The notes under the pieces: generated by a model | Database searches by the model: none | The model's input: the letters and a program-made list of their open reading frames with translations, nothing else | What the model was told of the DNA's origin: nothing | In this document: positions 8,955 through 17,814 of the stretch, one piece after another | How the letters are laid out: each line of letters opens with the position of its first letter | Position numbering within the stretch: the stretch's first letter is position 1 | Translations under genes and position numbers: made by a program | Source of the DNA: a virus | Taxonomy: Duplodnaviria; Caudoviricetes | Reading direction: 5' to 3' (one strand) | IMG/VR virus record: IMGVR_UViG_3300037310_000048 | Span: 1-56,994 of that record | Length of the DNA: 56,994 bases

Positions 8955-9209
8955 TCACCTGTCGGGATAGTGCACCCCGTCGCCCGGGACCGTGCCCTGG
9001 CCGCGCCAGCGGGCCGCCAGCCAACGATCGCCGCGAGAACAGGTGCACGGACAGCGGAACCGCACTTGCTTGCTCACGATGGCGTGAGATGCGTCCCCTG
9101 GCCGCTTCCAGTGCGTCCCCGTCTGCTCCACGGCAGAGAGCCACACCCACCCGATCCCGTTGCACGTCTCGCATGTCCCCTCCGCGGATTCCCCGCTCAT
9201 CGGATGCAC
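8955..9209 (-). CDS. Hypothetical Zn-binding protein
   Basis: CETCNGIG...CPCTC. Confidence 0.55.
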   Translation of the reverse strand: MHPMSGESAEGTCETCNGIGWVWLSAVEQTGTHWKRPGDASHAIVSKQVRFRCPCTCSRGDRWLAARWRGQGTVPGDGVHYPDR

Positions 9210-9211
9210 GA

Positions 9212-9739
9212 TCAGTCCTCGTCGATCCAGATCACGATCTCGACAGCGGCGCCGTCGCGCGTGAAGTCCGCCCGCTCCCGCAGGTCATCCATCGTGACGC
9301 CCAGGCGCCCGGCCACGACGTTCAAGATTCCCGTCAACATGCCCTCGTCCGTGACCGAGCGCGAGACGCGACCGGCCGACGTGTCCTCCACGAACGACAC
9401 CCGGAACGACGACACGGGACGATCTGCATCCCGCACCTCACGGTGGGCGCGATTGGCGATGCCCTCGAGCAGATCCCACGAGAGCCCGGGAACCCGCTCG
9501 AGCAGGATCGTTTGCAGCTCGTGACGCGCGGAGCCGTTGATCGGGAGGTCGACCACCTGCGCGTCGTGCCCGGCGTTGACCTCGAGCCACTCCGCCGCCT
9601 TCGACGCGCTCGCCTTCGGCCATCCCCATCGCCGCATGATCAGGCGTTGCAGGTCGAGCGGGCGCCCGGTCGCGTCCACGACCTCACCCACGCGCACGAC
9701 CTCCGGCGCCTCACGCCTCCAAAGCTCGTCAATCTTCAC
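9212..9739 (-). CDS. Hypothetical protein
   Basis: Start VKIDEL after AAGGA, GTGA overlap. Confidence 0.6.
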   Translation of the reverse strand: MKIDELWRREAPEVVRVGEVVDATGRPLDLQRLIMRRWGWPKASASKAAEWLEVNAGHDAQVVDLPINGSARHELQTILLERVPGLSWDLLEGIANRAHREVRDADRPVSSFRVSFVEDTSAGRVSRSVTDEGMLTGILNVVAGRLGVTMDDLRERADFTRDGAAVEIVIWIDED

Positions 9740-10047
9740 GCTGCGTTCCTTCCGGCTGTGCCCGCCGTCGTCGCGTGGAACAGGGACAACCTGTGTCGCC
9801 CCTGCGTGACGCTCTGCTCCACCCCGAGATTGTACGCACACCACGGCCCGGAGTAGAGGGCGTGGATCCCGATGATCGCCACCTCGTCCAAGAGCGCGTC
9901 GAGATCCTTGTCGCTGTGTGGGAGCTTCGCCACTCGAGCTGCCTCCCGGTCAACCCTGAACGCCAGCCGGTAGGCGTGCCCAAGGTTGCGGCGCTGATCG
10001 TCCCCTGGAACGCGGCGCACCACCACGTCGAGCCGGTAGCCGCGCAC
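9736..10047 (-). CDS. Hypothetical protein
   Basis: Tiling ORF; frame open up to ~10119, start uncertain. Confidence 0.5.
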   Translation of the reverse strand: MRGYRLDVVVRRVPGDDQRRNLGHAYRLAFRVDREAARVAKLPHSDKDLDALLDEVAIIGIHALYSGPWCAYNLGVEQSVTQGRHRLSLFHATTAGTAGRNAA

Positions 10048-10115
10048 CTCGAATGCGCGCGCCTCCGTCCCGCGCAGGCAACTCCGCGCCGCTTCCAGGG
10101 TGGCGACCTCGGGCG

Positions 10116-10709
10116 TCAGATTGCCGCCTCGCCCGACTCGCCGTTCGGCGGCGTCTTGACGCGCTTACCCGCCTTCTTCTTGGCGGGCTCAGCCTTCGCC
10201 TCCACGATCTCCGCCATGTCGACCTGCGCCGGAGCAGCCGTCATCCAGACGTCCGCTTCGATGTAGTGCGTCAGACGAGCGAGATCGTCCTTCTGGAAGC
10301 GACCCGAGAGACGGAGCGCCATCGTCGCCGTCCCGTTCTCGTCGATCTTGAGCTTCGGACGACCGCGACAGGTGGCCGCTGGCAGGTGGAACACAGGCTT
10401 GCCGCCCTCGGGCATCGCGTACAGGTCCACCGTCAGATCCGGCAGCTTCCCCCGCGCCGTCGAATCCTGCCCGGTCGCGCTCTCGTCCGAGCCGATGCGC
10501 TTGCAGACGTCGGCCGCGCCAGGCCACAGCACCTCGATCGCCTTGTCGAACGACGGATCGACGTCGCCTTCCCCGCCGATCTCGAGGTTCACTTCCACCT
10601 CGGAGACGTGGCGGACAGCGCCCTTCTTCCCGGTCGCCTCCGTCGTCGCACGCACCACCCTGAACGGCCGCATCCGGCCCTTGACCCTCTCGACCTTGAA
10701 CGTCGTCAC
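10116..10709 (-). CDS. Hypothetical protein
   Basis: AGGAAGGA RBS, GTGA overlap. Confidence 0.65.
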   Translation of the reverse strand: MTTFKVERVKGRMRPFRVVRATTEATGKKGAVRHVSEVEVNLEIGGEGDVDPSFDKAIEVLWPGAADVCKRIGSDESATGQDSTARGKLPDLTVDLYAMPEGGKPVFHLPAATCRGRPKLKIDENGTATMALRLSGRFQKDDLARLTHYIEADVWMTAAPAQVDMAEIVEAKAEPAKKKAGKRVKTPPNGESGEAAI

Positions 10710-11788
10710 GATGCTTCCTTCCTCTCCTCACCGGAGAACTTGTCCACGTCAGCGCCCCACGATACCCACCCGGGTCGCGGCTGGCGTGCGAACAACTCGC
10801 ACTTGGAGCCGGGGCACAGCGACTCCACCAGCGCATAGAACTCGTCCGGCTTCCTCGAGTGCTCCCGAAGCGGGGCGTCGAGCCGCGTCGACTGGCCGGA
10901 GAGGAGCACGGTGGGTGCCCCCTTCACAGCGAGGATCGCGTGTTCCGTCTGGCCGCGAAGCCAGTCGCCCATCCCGATCCGATCCTTCACCCAGGTCAAC
11001 ACGGTCTTATGCTCGAATCCCCACCGTCGCACGAGATTGAAGGCGTCGGGCAGGTGAGCGTTCGTCGTCCAGAGCCACAGGATCGAACCCGTCGCGTCCG
11101 CCATGTCCGGCACCGGAAGGCTGGCGATCTCGTCGTGCCCCATGTCGGGGTAGTCCACCTCACCCCGGCGGTCCTCCACCGCCCGGGTGTTCTTCTCGTA
11201 ACGCCAGGGCGGATCGATCACGATCACGCGGAACGGTCCACGAGGTGGTGGCGTCGGCTCTGCGCGCAGCTTCGCCGCCGACTCGTCGCGCCGCATTTCA
11301 CGCACGGCCCGATCGAGCTTCTTCTCCCCGCGGGCCACCGCGTCGTAGAGGTCTGTTCGCCCCGACTCTCGGAGCGCGCGCGCCTTCTGCACAGAGCCAC
11401 GTCCGACCCGGAGAAGGTCCGCCGCCTCCGTCTGTGAAACTGCTCCCGGCCGAGCAGTTGCCGCAGGGCGTCCGGGGACGAGCTGCGCAAGGCGATCGGC
11501 CACGATCGCCCGCTCCGAGACGGAGAGGTGCCGGCGCGTCAGGTTCCGCGCCACGATGAACGCGGTCGGGTCGGCCAACTCGATCACGTTCGTCTCCGGC
11601 TCGATCCCAAGCTCGAGGCAGGCGCGCGCCCGGTTCCGCCCGTCGAGGATGACGCCGGAGCCGTCCACCGAGATCGGCTCAATGAGCCCGTCAGCCCGAA
11701 TGCTGTCCACCAGGGCTATGAACGGAGGCCCCTCGAGCAGCGGGAATGCGTCAGCCGCCGGGTGCGTCTCGCGGTTGCCGATCTTCAT
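10706..11788 (-). CDS. ParB-like N-terminal domain fused to MT-A70 family adenine methyltransferase
   Basis: HPAADAFPLL...LVDSIRADGLIEPI...ILDGRNR (ParB); VIVIDPPW, LWLWTTN, TVLTWVK, HSRKPD, ELFAR...GWVSWG (MT-A70). Confidence 0.88.
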   Translation of the reverse strand: MKIGNRETHPAADAFPLLEGPPFIALVDSIRADGLIEPISVDGSGVILDGRNRARACLELGIEPETNVIELADPTAFIVARNLTRRHLSVSERAIVADRLAQLVPGRPAATARPGAVSQTEAADLLRVGRGSVQKARALRESGRTDLYDAVARGEKKLDRAVREMRRDESAAKLRAEPTPPPRGPFRVIVIDPPWRYEKNTRAVEDRRGEVDYPDMGHDEIASLPVPDMADATGSILWLWTTNAHLPDAFNLVRRWGFEHKTVLTWVKDRIGMGDWLRGQTEHAILAVKGAPTVLLSGQSTRLDAPLREHSRKPDEFYALVESLCPGSKCELFARQPRPGWVSWGADVDKFSGEERKEAS

Positions 11789-13758
11789 CGGGTGCCCCCG
11801 AACAGATCGGGCGTCTCGGCCGCCGCGTAGGCGTCGGGCTCCCTCTCGCCCCACCGCGCCGCCTCCGACTCGGATTGCGGTTCTGCCGTCTCCTGATACG
11901 ACAGGCAGCGTCCATCGTACTTCAGCACCGCCATGCCCTCCCGCGCATCGTCGTGTCGTGCCTTCCAGACGTACAGGAGAACATCGCTCGGTTCTAGCGG
12001 GATCTCTACACGGCGTCCCGCCGCATCCTTGAGCTTCACCTGTCCGGCCGCGTCTGCGCCCCCTGCATCCGTGACACGGTAGACCGTCACTCCATTGTGG
12101 GCCACCTGCTTGATGCTCGAGCTCCCCTTGAGGGCGTCTCCGGTCGGGATGGTCGCCAACTCGATCGCGCCCCGGGGATGGGCAATCAAGAAGATGTGGA
12201 TCCCGAGCTGCACCGCGAGTTGCACGAGGTCCATGCAGACCCGATCGAGGTGCTCGCGCTCCTCCACGTCGGGGTGCCGGCTGATGAAGTGCAGGTGATC
12301 GATCTCGACGTACTTGCAGCCGAGCCGGCGAGCCGCGTAGGTCACGGCGTCGACCACCTCGGAGAAGCTAACACGCCCGTAGTGGTCGAAGACGTAGATC
12401 GGATCCTCGTTCAGCCTCCCGATCGCGCGCATCGCGTCCTCGCGGTCCTGCTCCGTCACGATGGACGAGATCGGGCGCCCGAAGATGCGCTGAAACACCT
12501 TCCGGGCCAGGGCGTCCGGCCCGTCCTCAAGCGAGGAGAGGAGCACCGGATAGCCACGCCGCGCCAGGAGCCCGAGCGCGAAGCTCGTCCACGTCGACTT
12601 CCCGTGCGACGTGTGCCCCGTGACGACGGTCAGCTCGCCGGGGCGCCAACCGCGAAGCAGCTTGTCTAGGCCGATCCACCCCGTCGGCTCCCCAAGCGAC
12701 GCCGCACCCCGATCGATCAGGCCGGTCAGGTGATCCGAGTAAGCCCCTGGTTGCACCACGCGGGCCGTCTCGAGCGGGACCGCCGCATCCACCACGGCAC
12801 GGATGCGCTCCGGGTCCACCTTGGCGCGCACGAGATCGTTAACGTCCTTCGGCCGCTTCCCTGTCGCGGCGGCCACTTCGGCGGAGAGGTCGGGAGGGAC
12901 CGAGGCGATGCGGACCCGGTGCGTCCCGAGCGCCGTGGCAAGCCCGTCCACCGCCTCGTCTCCGGCCTCGTCGTCGTCGTACCAGAGCACAACATCGTCA
13001 GCGTCCGCGAGGATCTCCTTCCAGGCTTGCGGAACGTCGCCCTTCGCGCCGAGCGAGGTCGAAGCCGTCTCCGTGATGCCGGATTGCCAGAGCGAGATCG
13101 CATCAAGCTCACCCTCCACGAGCACCACGCGCCGCCGGTCCCTCACGCCGGCCGCGTTGAACAGGGCGCTCTCACCGCCCTTGGTGCGCTGGAAGCGCCG
13201 CTTCTCCTTGTCCTCCTCGAGATTCCGCATCTTCACGAGGAGCACAGTTTCCCCGTCGACGTAGGGGATCCCAACCGCGCGCTCCTTCCCGCCGCCCGTC
13301 TTGATGTACGCCACCCCAAGCCGGAAGTGCTGTATCGCCGCATCGTCAATCCCTCGCCCATGCAGATAGGCGAGCACCGCGGCCCCGTCATCGTCGCCCT
13401 CAGCGTAGATCCGCATCGCAGCTCGTTCGACGTCCACGAGCGCCACCCCGCAGGACTTGACCCGCGTCGGCATGAACCGCTTCCCTGGCATCGTGACCGC
13501 CGCCATCGCAGAGCGAACCACGGTACGGTCCCGAAGCCGGATGCCGAGCCGATCAGCGAGCTTCCAAATCGAGCCTGCCTCGCCACACCGCTTGCAATCC
13601 CACAGGCCGGAGCCGAGGTTGAGGTACAGGTGCTTCTGCTTCCCGCACGCCGGACAGTCACAGATCGCGTGCAGGCCGCTCGACTCTTTCACCCGCTTTC
13701 GCACCACCAGAGCGGAAGCGATCCGGTCAATCTCGTCCTGGGTTGGCTCTCGGTTCAT
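11785..13758 (-). CDS. Primase-helicase (Zn finger + TOPRIM + DnaB/SF4 helicase, T7 gp4/Twinkle-like)
   Basis: CPAC...CKRC; LVEGELDA, WYDDDEAG, KDVND; Walker A TGHTSHGKST; IDHLH; AHP; LKGSSSIKQ. Confidence 0.9.
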   Translation of the reverse strand: MNREPTQDEIDRIASALVVRKRVKESSGLHAICDCPACGKQKHLYLNLGSGLWDCKRCGEAGSIWKLADRLGIRLRDRTVVRSAMAAVTMPGKRFMPTRVKSCGVALVDVERAAMRIYAEGDDDGAAVLAYLHGRGIDDAAIQHFRLGVAYIKTGGGKERAVGIPYVDGETVLLVKMRNLEEDKEKRRFQRTKGGESALFNAAGVRDRRRVVLVEGELDAISLWQSGITETASTSLGAKGDVPQAWKEILADADDVVLWYDDDEAGDEAVDGLATALGTHRVRIASVPPDLSAEVAAATGKRPKDVNDLVRAKVDPERIRAVVDAAVPLETARVVQPGAYSDHLTGLIDRGAASLGEPTGWIGLDKLLRGWRPGELTVVTGHTSHGKSTWTSFALGLLARRGYPVLLSSLEDGPDALARKVFQRIFGRPISSIVTEQDREDAMRAIGRLNEDPIYVFDHYGRVSFSEVVDAVTYAARRLGCKYVEIDHLHFISRHPDVEEREHLDRVCMDLVQLAVQLGIHIFLIAHPRGAIELATIPTGDALKGSSSIKQVAHNGVTVYRVTDAGGADAAGQVKLKDAAGRRVEIPLEPSDVLLYVWKARHDDAREGMAVLKYDGRCLSYQETAEPQSESEAARWGEREPDAYAAAETPDLFGGTR

Positions 13759-14969
13759 GTCGCCGTCCTCCGTGCTGTCTCCGCCATCGCGCTGTTGAAG
13801 TCACGCACACAGTCCTGCACCCGCATCGCGCAGAACTTCGACTCGTGCTCGCCCTCGCCAGAGATCATTTTCTGGACGGCCACCGCAGCAGCGAGGTTCC
13901 CCGCCATCGCGTCGAGCCTGTAGTCGTCGAAGCGGGGAATCTTCACGCCGTCCACCACGGACACGGCCTCGGGCATGATCGGCCAACCGCGGCCCCACGG
14001 GTCGCCCACGAGGGGCATCTTCGGCGAGGCCACGATCCGCTTAATGTGCGCCACGTAGCCCGCCATCCAACGTTCGTCGAACACGCGGCGCTTCGCCTCC
14101 GACCACGCCCGCGGACGTTGCGCGGCCCGGTGCAGGCCGGCGAACCGCTCCACGAGGTCGTCCCGCAGCGCCCATTCGAGATCAGTTCGGCCGTGGTCGC
14201 GTGCCCACTCGTCGAGCCAAACCCCGTGTACGGCCGCCCTGCAATCGTCGACCCCGAACACCGCGATCGCCTCCACGATCGTCTTGATCCTCCGCCCCCC
14301 TGGCCGTGGAGCTGTCGACCTCCCGTGCGCCCTCCCCGCCTCGGCGTAGGCCGCCCACACCTCGAGCACCTCGGGCGACGCTTGCGGGACAGGTTGCGTA
14401 TCCTTCACCCTCGCGCGCGCGCGTTGCTGATCAGCACGATCAGGATCGGGAGTGCGATCGGACGATCCAGATCGTTCAGAAGAAGATCGATCCGATCTCG
14501 TACTCCTGATCTGATCCTGATCTGAGGGCCGATCGGGCGACCTCGATTTCTCCGCGTCAGGACGCCGAAAAACACGCCTTTTCGGTGTAGGCGACGGTGG
14601 CACCGTTGCTACCGTCGACGGTAGCACGGTTGCTACCGTGGCACCGTTGCTACCGTCCAGGGTAGCACGGGTGCCACCGTCCGACGCTGGCTTGCTACCG
14701 TCAGGCTCGAGCGCGGCGTTCGGTGGGATCACCCGCCAGCGCTGGCGACCAGCGGGACCGATACGAGCCGTCCACCCTGCAACCTCGAGCACGCGGAGCC
14801 CACGGCGCACCGTGTCCACGGATCCCCCGATCGCCTCGGCCACCTTCGATAGCGGCACGTTCAGCTCGCCCGTGGTCCAGTTGGAGAAGCGCCGGATCGT
14901 GGCGTAGACGTAGACGGCGTTGGCGTCATGGAGATCGAGGACTTGATCGGGGATCTTCTGCCAGGCCAC
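13755..14969 (-). CDS. Replication initiator-like protein (N-terminal wHTH, central repeat region)
   Basis: AVYVYATI...LSKVAEAIGGSVDTVRRGLRVLEVAGW; upstream of primase-helicase; internal repeats as in lambda O-type genes; start uncertain. Confidence 0.7.
   Translation of the reverse strand: MAWQKIPDQVLDLHDANAVYVYATIRRFSNWTTGELNVPLSKVAEAIGGSVDTVRRGLRVLEVAGWTARIGPAGRQRWRVIPPNAALEPDGSKPASDGGTRATLDGSNGATVATVLPSTVATVPPSPTPKRRVFRRPDAEKSRSPDRPSDQDQIRSTRSDRSSSERSGSSDRTPDPDRADQQRARARVKDTQPVPQASPEVLEVWAAYAEAGRAHGRSTAPRPGGRRIKTIVEAIAVFGVDDCRAAVHGVWLDEWARDHGRTDLEWALRDDLVERFAGLHRAAQRPRAWSEAKRRVFDERWMAGYVAHIKRIVASPKMPLVGDPWGRGWPIMPEAVSVVDGVKIPRFDDYRLDAMAGNLAAAVAVQKMISGEGEHESKFCAMRVQDCVRDFNSAMAETARRTAT
14429..14701. 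repeat. Putative replication origin: GATC cluster plus iteron-like repeats
   Basis: 13 GATC in 14429-14534; TTGCTACCGT at 14606, 14630, 14647, 14692; 20-bp palindrome 14607-14626. Confidence 0.65.
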
Positions 14970-15241
14970 CGCATCACCAAAAGACCCCGAGCAGGTGTTG
15001 AGGGCACCTGCGCGGAGTAGCTCCACGGGTGAGCGAATCGGGTGGTAGGCCCTCAACCTCCCACCCGCAGAGCGACCCCGACCGAGGCCGGGTGACGATC
15101 GAGGGAGCGACCCGCCGACCGACGCGCGAGACGTACCGCGGGCCGATCGGATCCGTCAACGACTTCCTGCGCGGTCGCATCGTGACGCGAAACCAGACCC
15201 GCACCCGTCAAGGCGTGCGGATCTGCCTCGCGCCGAGCAGT

Positions 15242-16237
15242 TCAGGAGATCCGATCGAGGATCTCCCACGCGCGACCGGCGACACCGAAGCCGGAGAGAA
15301 CATTCAGCTCCCGCCGCGCCTGGCGATCCTCGGGGTTCTGACCGCGGACGGGAACGAGGTGCGCGTCGTAGGCCGTGAACGCCTCGAGCAGCGTATACGC
15401 GGTGACGTCGCCCGCCGGGACGAACCGGCCGTCTCGGTGCTCCACCATGTCGATCACCGAATCGATCTTCGCCTGGGCCTGCGGAGTGATCTTGGCCTTG
15501 GGAGACTCGGGCACGAACACCTCCCCGATGATCGCGTTGACCTCCGCGCTCCCCATGACCCGCCGATCGAAGCGGCGCGTCTGCTCACCGAAGGACGCGA
15601 GACGCTCACCGCTGGCCTTGAGCCACACGGCCATCTTCGCGGAGAGCGTCTCTATCTGCTTGGTGTGCTTCATGCGGAACGGACTGGAGAGGCTCACCTT
15701 CCTGAGCATCAGCCCGTTCTCGCAGAGCGCCCGGAACGTGGCGATCTCCGCCGTGATCGCCGTCGAGCCGTCATGCGACCACTTCACGACGATCCGCGCC
15801 TTCTTGTCCGAGTCGTCCCGACGCACCCGCAGGAGCGACGAGAGGGCCGGAGGCAGGTCGAGCAGGAGCGAGCACACGCGCCCGCCGTCGAAGGCGCGCA
15901 TCCGAGACGGCGCCGCCAGGCGGATGCCGCCGAGCGGCTTCATGATCTCGTCGAGCGTCGCGCCGACCTCGGTGTTCTGCACGATCCGGTAGTCGGGACC
16001 GACGCACCCGAGCTGCTTCCCGGTCTTGGCGTTCCGGGTGCCCCGCGTGTACCACGCCTCCCCGGAGTCGAGGGCGACGAGCGGGACGGCCTGCACGTCG
16101 AAGGCGAGCGCCCCGCCGCGAATCGCCTCCGCGTAGCTCTGCGCCCACGGCGTCGACAGCGTGGAGTTATGGAGCGCGACGAGCGCCGTCATCGCATCGT
16201 TGAGGTTCTCGGCGATCTCTTTGGTCTGCGTCAGCAT
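15242..16237 (-). CDS. DUF932-family protein
   Basis: LGCVGPDYRIVQN, FDGGRV, WSHDGS...FRALCENGL, RMKHT; AGGAG RBS before MLTQ. Confidence 0.75.
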   Translation of the reverse strand: MLTQTKEIAENLNDAMTALVALHNSTLSTPWAQSYAEAIRGGALAFDVQAVPLVALDSGEAWYTRGTRNAKTGKQLGCVGPDYRIVQNTEVGATLDEIMKPLGGIRLAAPSRMRAFDGGRVCSLLLDLPPALSSLLRVRRDDSDKKARIVVKWSHDGSTAITAEIATFRALCENGLMLRKVSLSSPFRMKHTKQIETLSAKMAVWLKASGERLASFGEQTRRFDRRVMGSAEVNAIIGEVFVPESPKAKITPQAQAKIDSVIDMVEHRDGRFVPAGDVTAYTLLEAFTAYDAHLVPVRGQNPEDRQARRELNVLSGFGVAGRAWEILDRIS

Positions 16238-16448
16238 GGCTTCTCCTGTGCGGTCCTGGCCGCTGGTTGATGCTGTCCGCACCCTGGCTTCTTCCTCCTC
16301 CGGGTCAGGCCACCACTTCACTCGCGGCCCACAGGACGCGCCCGACTCGTTCGGGTGGTGACAGGGTGCGGACACCCCGGAGTCGCGCCTTCTGGTTACC
16401 CCTCCCCTCCCGCCGCGGTGCGCGTCGCCGGGGTCCAAACGGGGTGAC

Positions 16449-16761
16449 CTAGACCATGCCGTCGTCACCTCCCGCCTTCTCGTCGAACCCGATCGCACAC
16501 CGATCCTCGTGGGTGCCGTCCTCGCGCTCACACACGCGGCACAGGATCTCCTTGCCGTCGAGTCCCCACACGCGACCGTTGTAGGAGACGTGCGCGACCT
16601 TCTTGCGGCCGTTGTACACGTCGCCGAACCCACGGCGCAGATCGGACGCACCCAGGCCGTTCATTTCGATCTCGCGCCGGGCGACTTCAGACGCTTCCGC
16701 CAGGGAGGCGACTTCCTGAAATAGCGAGTGAGCCGGAGCGAGTGTAGTAGGCGGTCAGCAT
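16449..16761 (-). CDS. Small hypothetical protein, apparently frameshifted near its 5' end
   Basis: AAGGAG RBS + ATG 16761 (MLTAYYTRSG); main body (QEVASLAEASEVARREIEMNGLGAS...VAHVSYNGRVW) in another frame, or start at 16664. Confidence 0.5.
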
Positions 16762-17113
16762 CGTTCTCTCCTTCGCGGCGCTTGTCGCTTGTAGACTGTA
16801 TCAGCAAAACTTCTGCCAGCCTGGATATAGTTTGCCGGTCGCGTCCTGACGCGGACCTCTCCGCGCACCACCCGTCACAGATCGACAAATAACGTCACTG
16901 TCGCATCACCATGCGGGACGCATTTTGTCACCCTGTATGGTTACACGGTGTTAGGTGCCGAACTCCGTGCTCTGCGTGCTCGATCGCCCATGAATAGTGA
17001 CGTGAAACGTCACCAGGGCGTCTGCATGCCACATACAGATGCGAGCAATCACAGGCACAGATCGTGATACAGATAGCGACATGAGCGGCACATCACCGCG
17101 AAGGAGAAGCCCG
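16762..17113. promoter_or_regulatory. Divergent promoter/operator region
   Basis: Lower GC, non-coding, between divergent arms; three GAC-N7-GTCAC sites at 16882, 16915, 16997. Confidence 0.65.
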
Positions 17114-17344
17114 ATGAACGACACCATCTCGCCCGCTGACGTGCGCACTGCCCTCCTCGCCGCGATCCGGCTCAAGGAGCGCATCGTCGACGTGTCGGAA
17201 CGCGCCCGCGTCGAGGGCATGATCTCGACGGCGCTCCGCTTCATGCCCGAGGGTGACCGCGGCCCCTGCCTGAACGCCGCCGTGTGCGCCGACGAGGCCT
17301 ACGCGGCGGCCGTCGTCGCCCTCGCCATGCAGACCCGCGCCTAG
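17114..17344 (+). CDS. Hypothetical protein
   Basis: AAGGAG RBS, MNDTISPAD. Confidence 0.65.
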   Translation: MNDTISPADVRTALLAAIRLKERIVDVSERARVEGMISTALRFMPEGDRGPCLNAAVCADEAYAAAVVALAMQTRA

Positions 17345-17399
17345 CCCCGATCGTCCACCACAGCCCGTCACAGCTCGTCACACACAGGAGCCCCGCACC

Positions 17400-17759
17400 A
17401 TGTCCCGCACCGTCCCCGCCTCTCCCCTCGCCGTCGCTCGCGTCCGTCGCGCCCGCGCCCTGGGCTTCAAGCTCGTCTTCATGCCAGCCGGCACCCTGGA
17501 CGATGACAGCGGCGCCCCCATCCTCGCGGACGCGACGCGGCTCAAGGACGGCCGCTGCGAGGTGGTCCGCCTGTTCGCGGACGGCACCGCGAAGCGCATG
17601 TTCAACCTCCCCGTCGTCCCCGTCGAGTACGTCGGCCCCGAGTACGATGGGTGCAGCGAGGCCGCGATCGAGCGGCGCAACCACGATCGCACCGTGGCGA
17701 CGTGGAGCCGGGAGGAGTACGACGACGCGATCGGGAGCAACGACCCGTGCCTGCTCTAG
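17400..17759 (+). CDS. Hypothetical protein
   Basis: AGGAG RBS. Confidence 0.65.
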   Translation: MSRTVPASPLAVARVRRARALGFKLVFMPAGTLDDDSGAPILADATRLKDGRCEVVRLFADGTAKRMFNLPVVPVEYVGPEYDGCSEAAIERRNHDRTVATWSREEYDDAIGSNDPCLL

Positions 17760-17814
17760 CAGGTACGGCACTGGCAGACGATCCGAGAAACCACCGCCAA
17801 CAAGGAGATCCGAC

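Noticed and set aside
15130-15212. Two minus-strand TTGACG -35-like hexamers upstream of the initiator
   Set aside because: -10 elements poor or wrongly spaced (18 bp to TACGTC, 21 bp to CACGAT); not supportable
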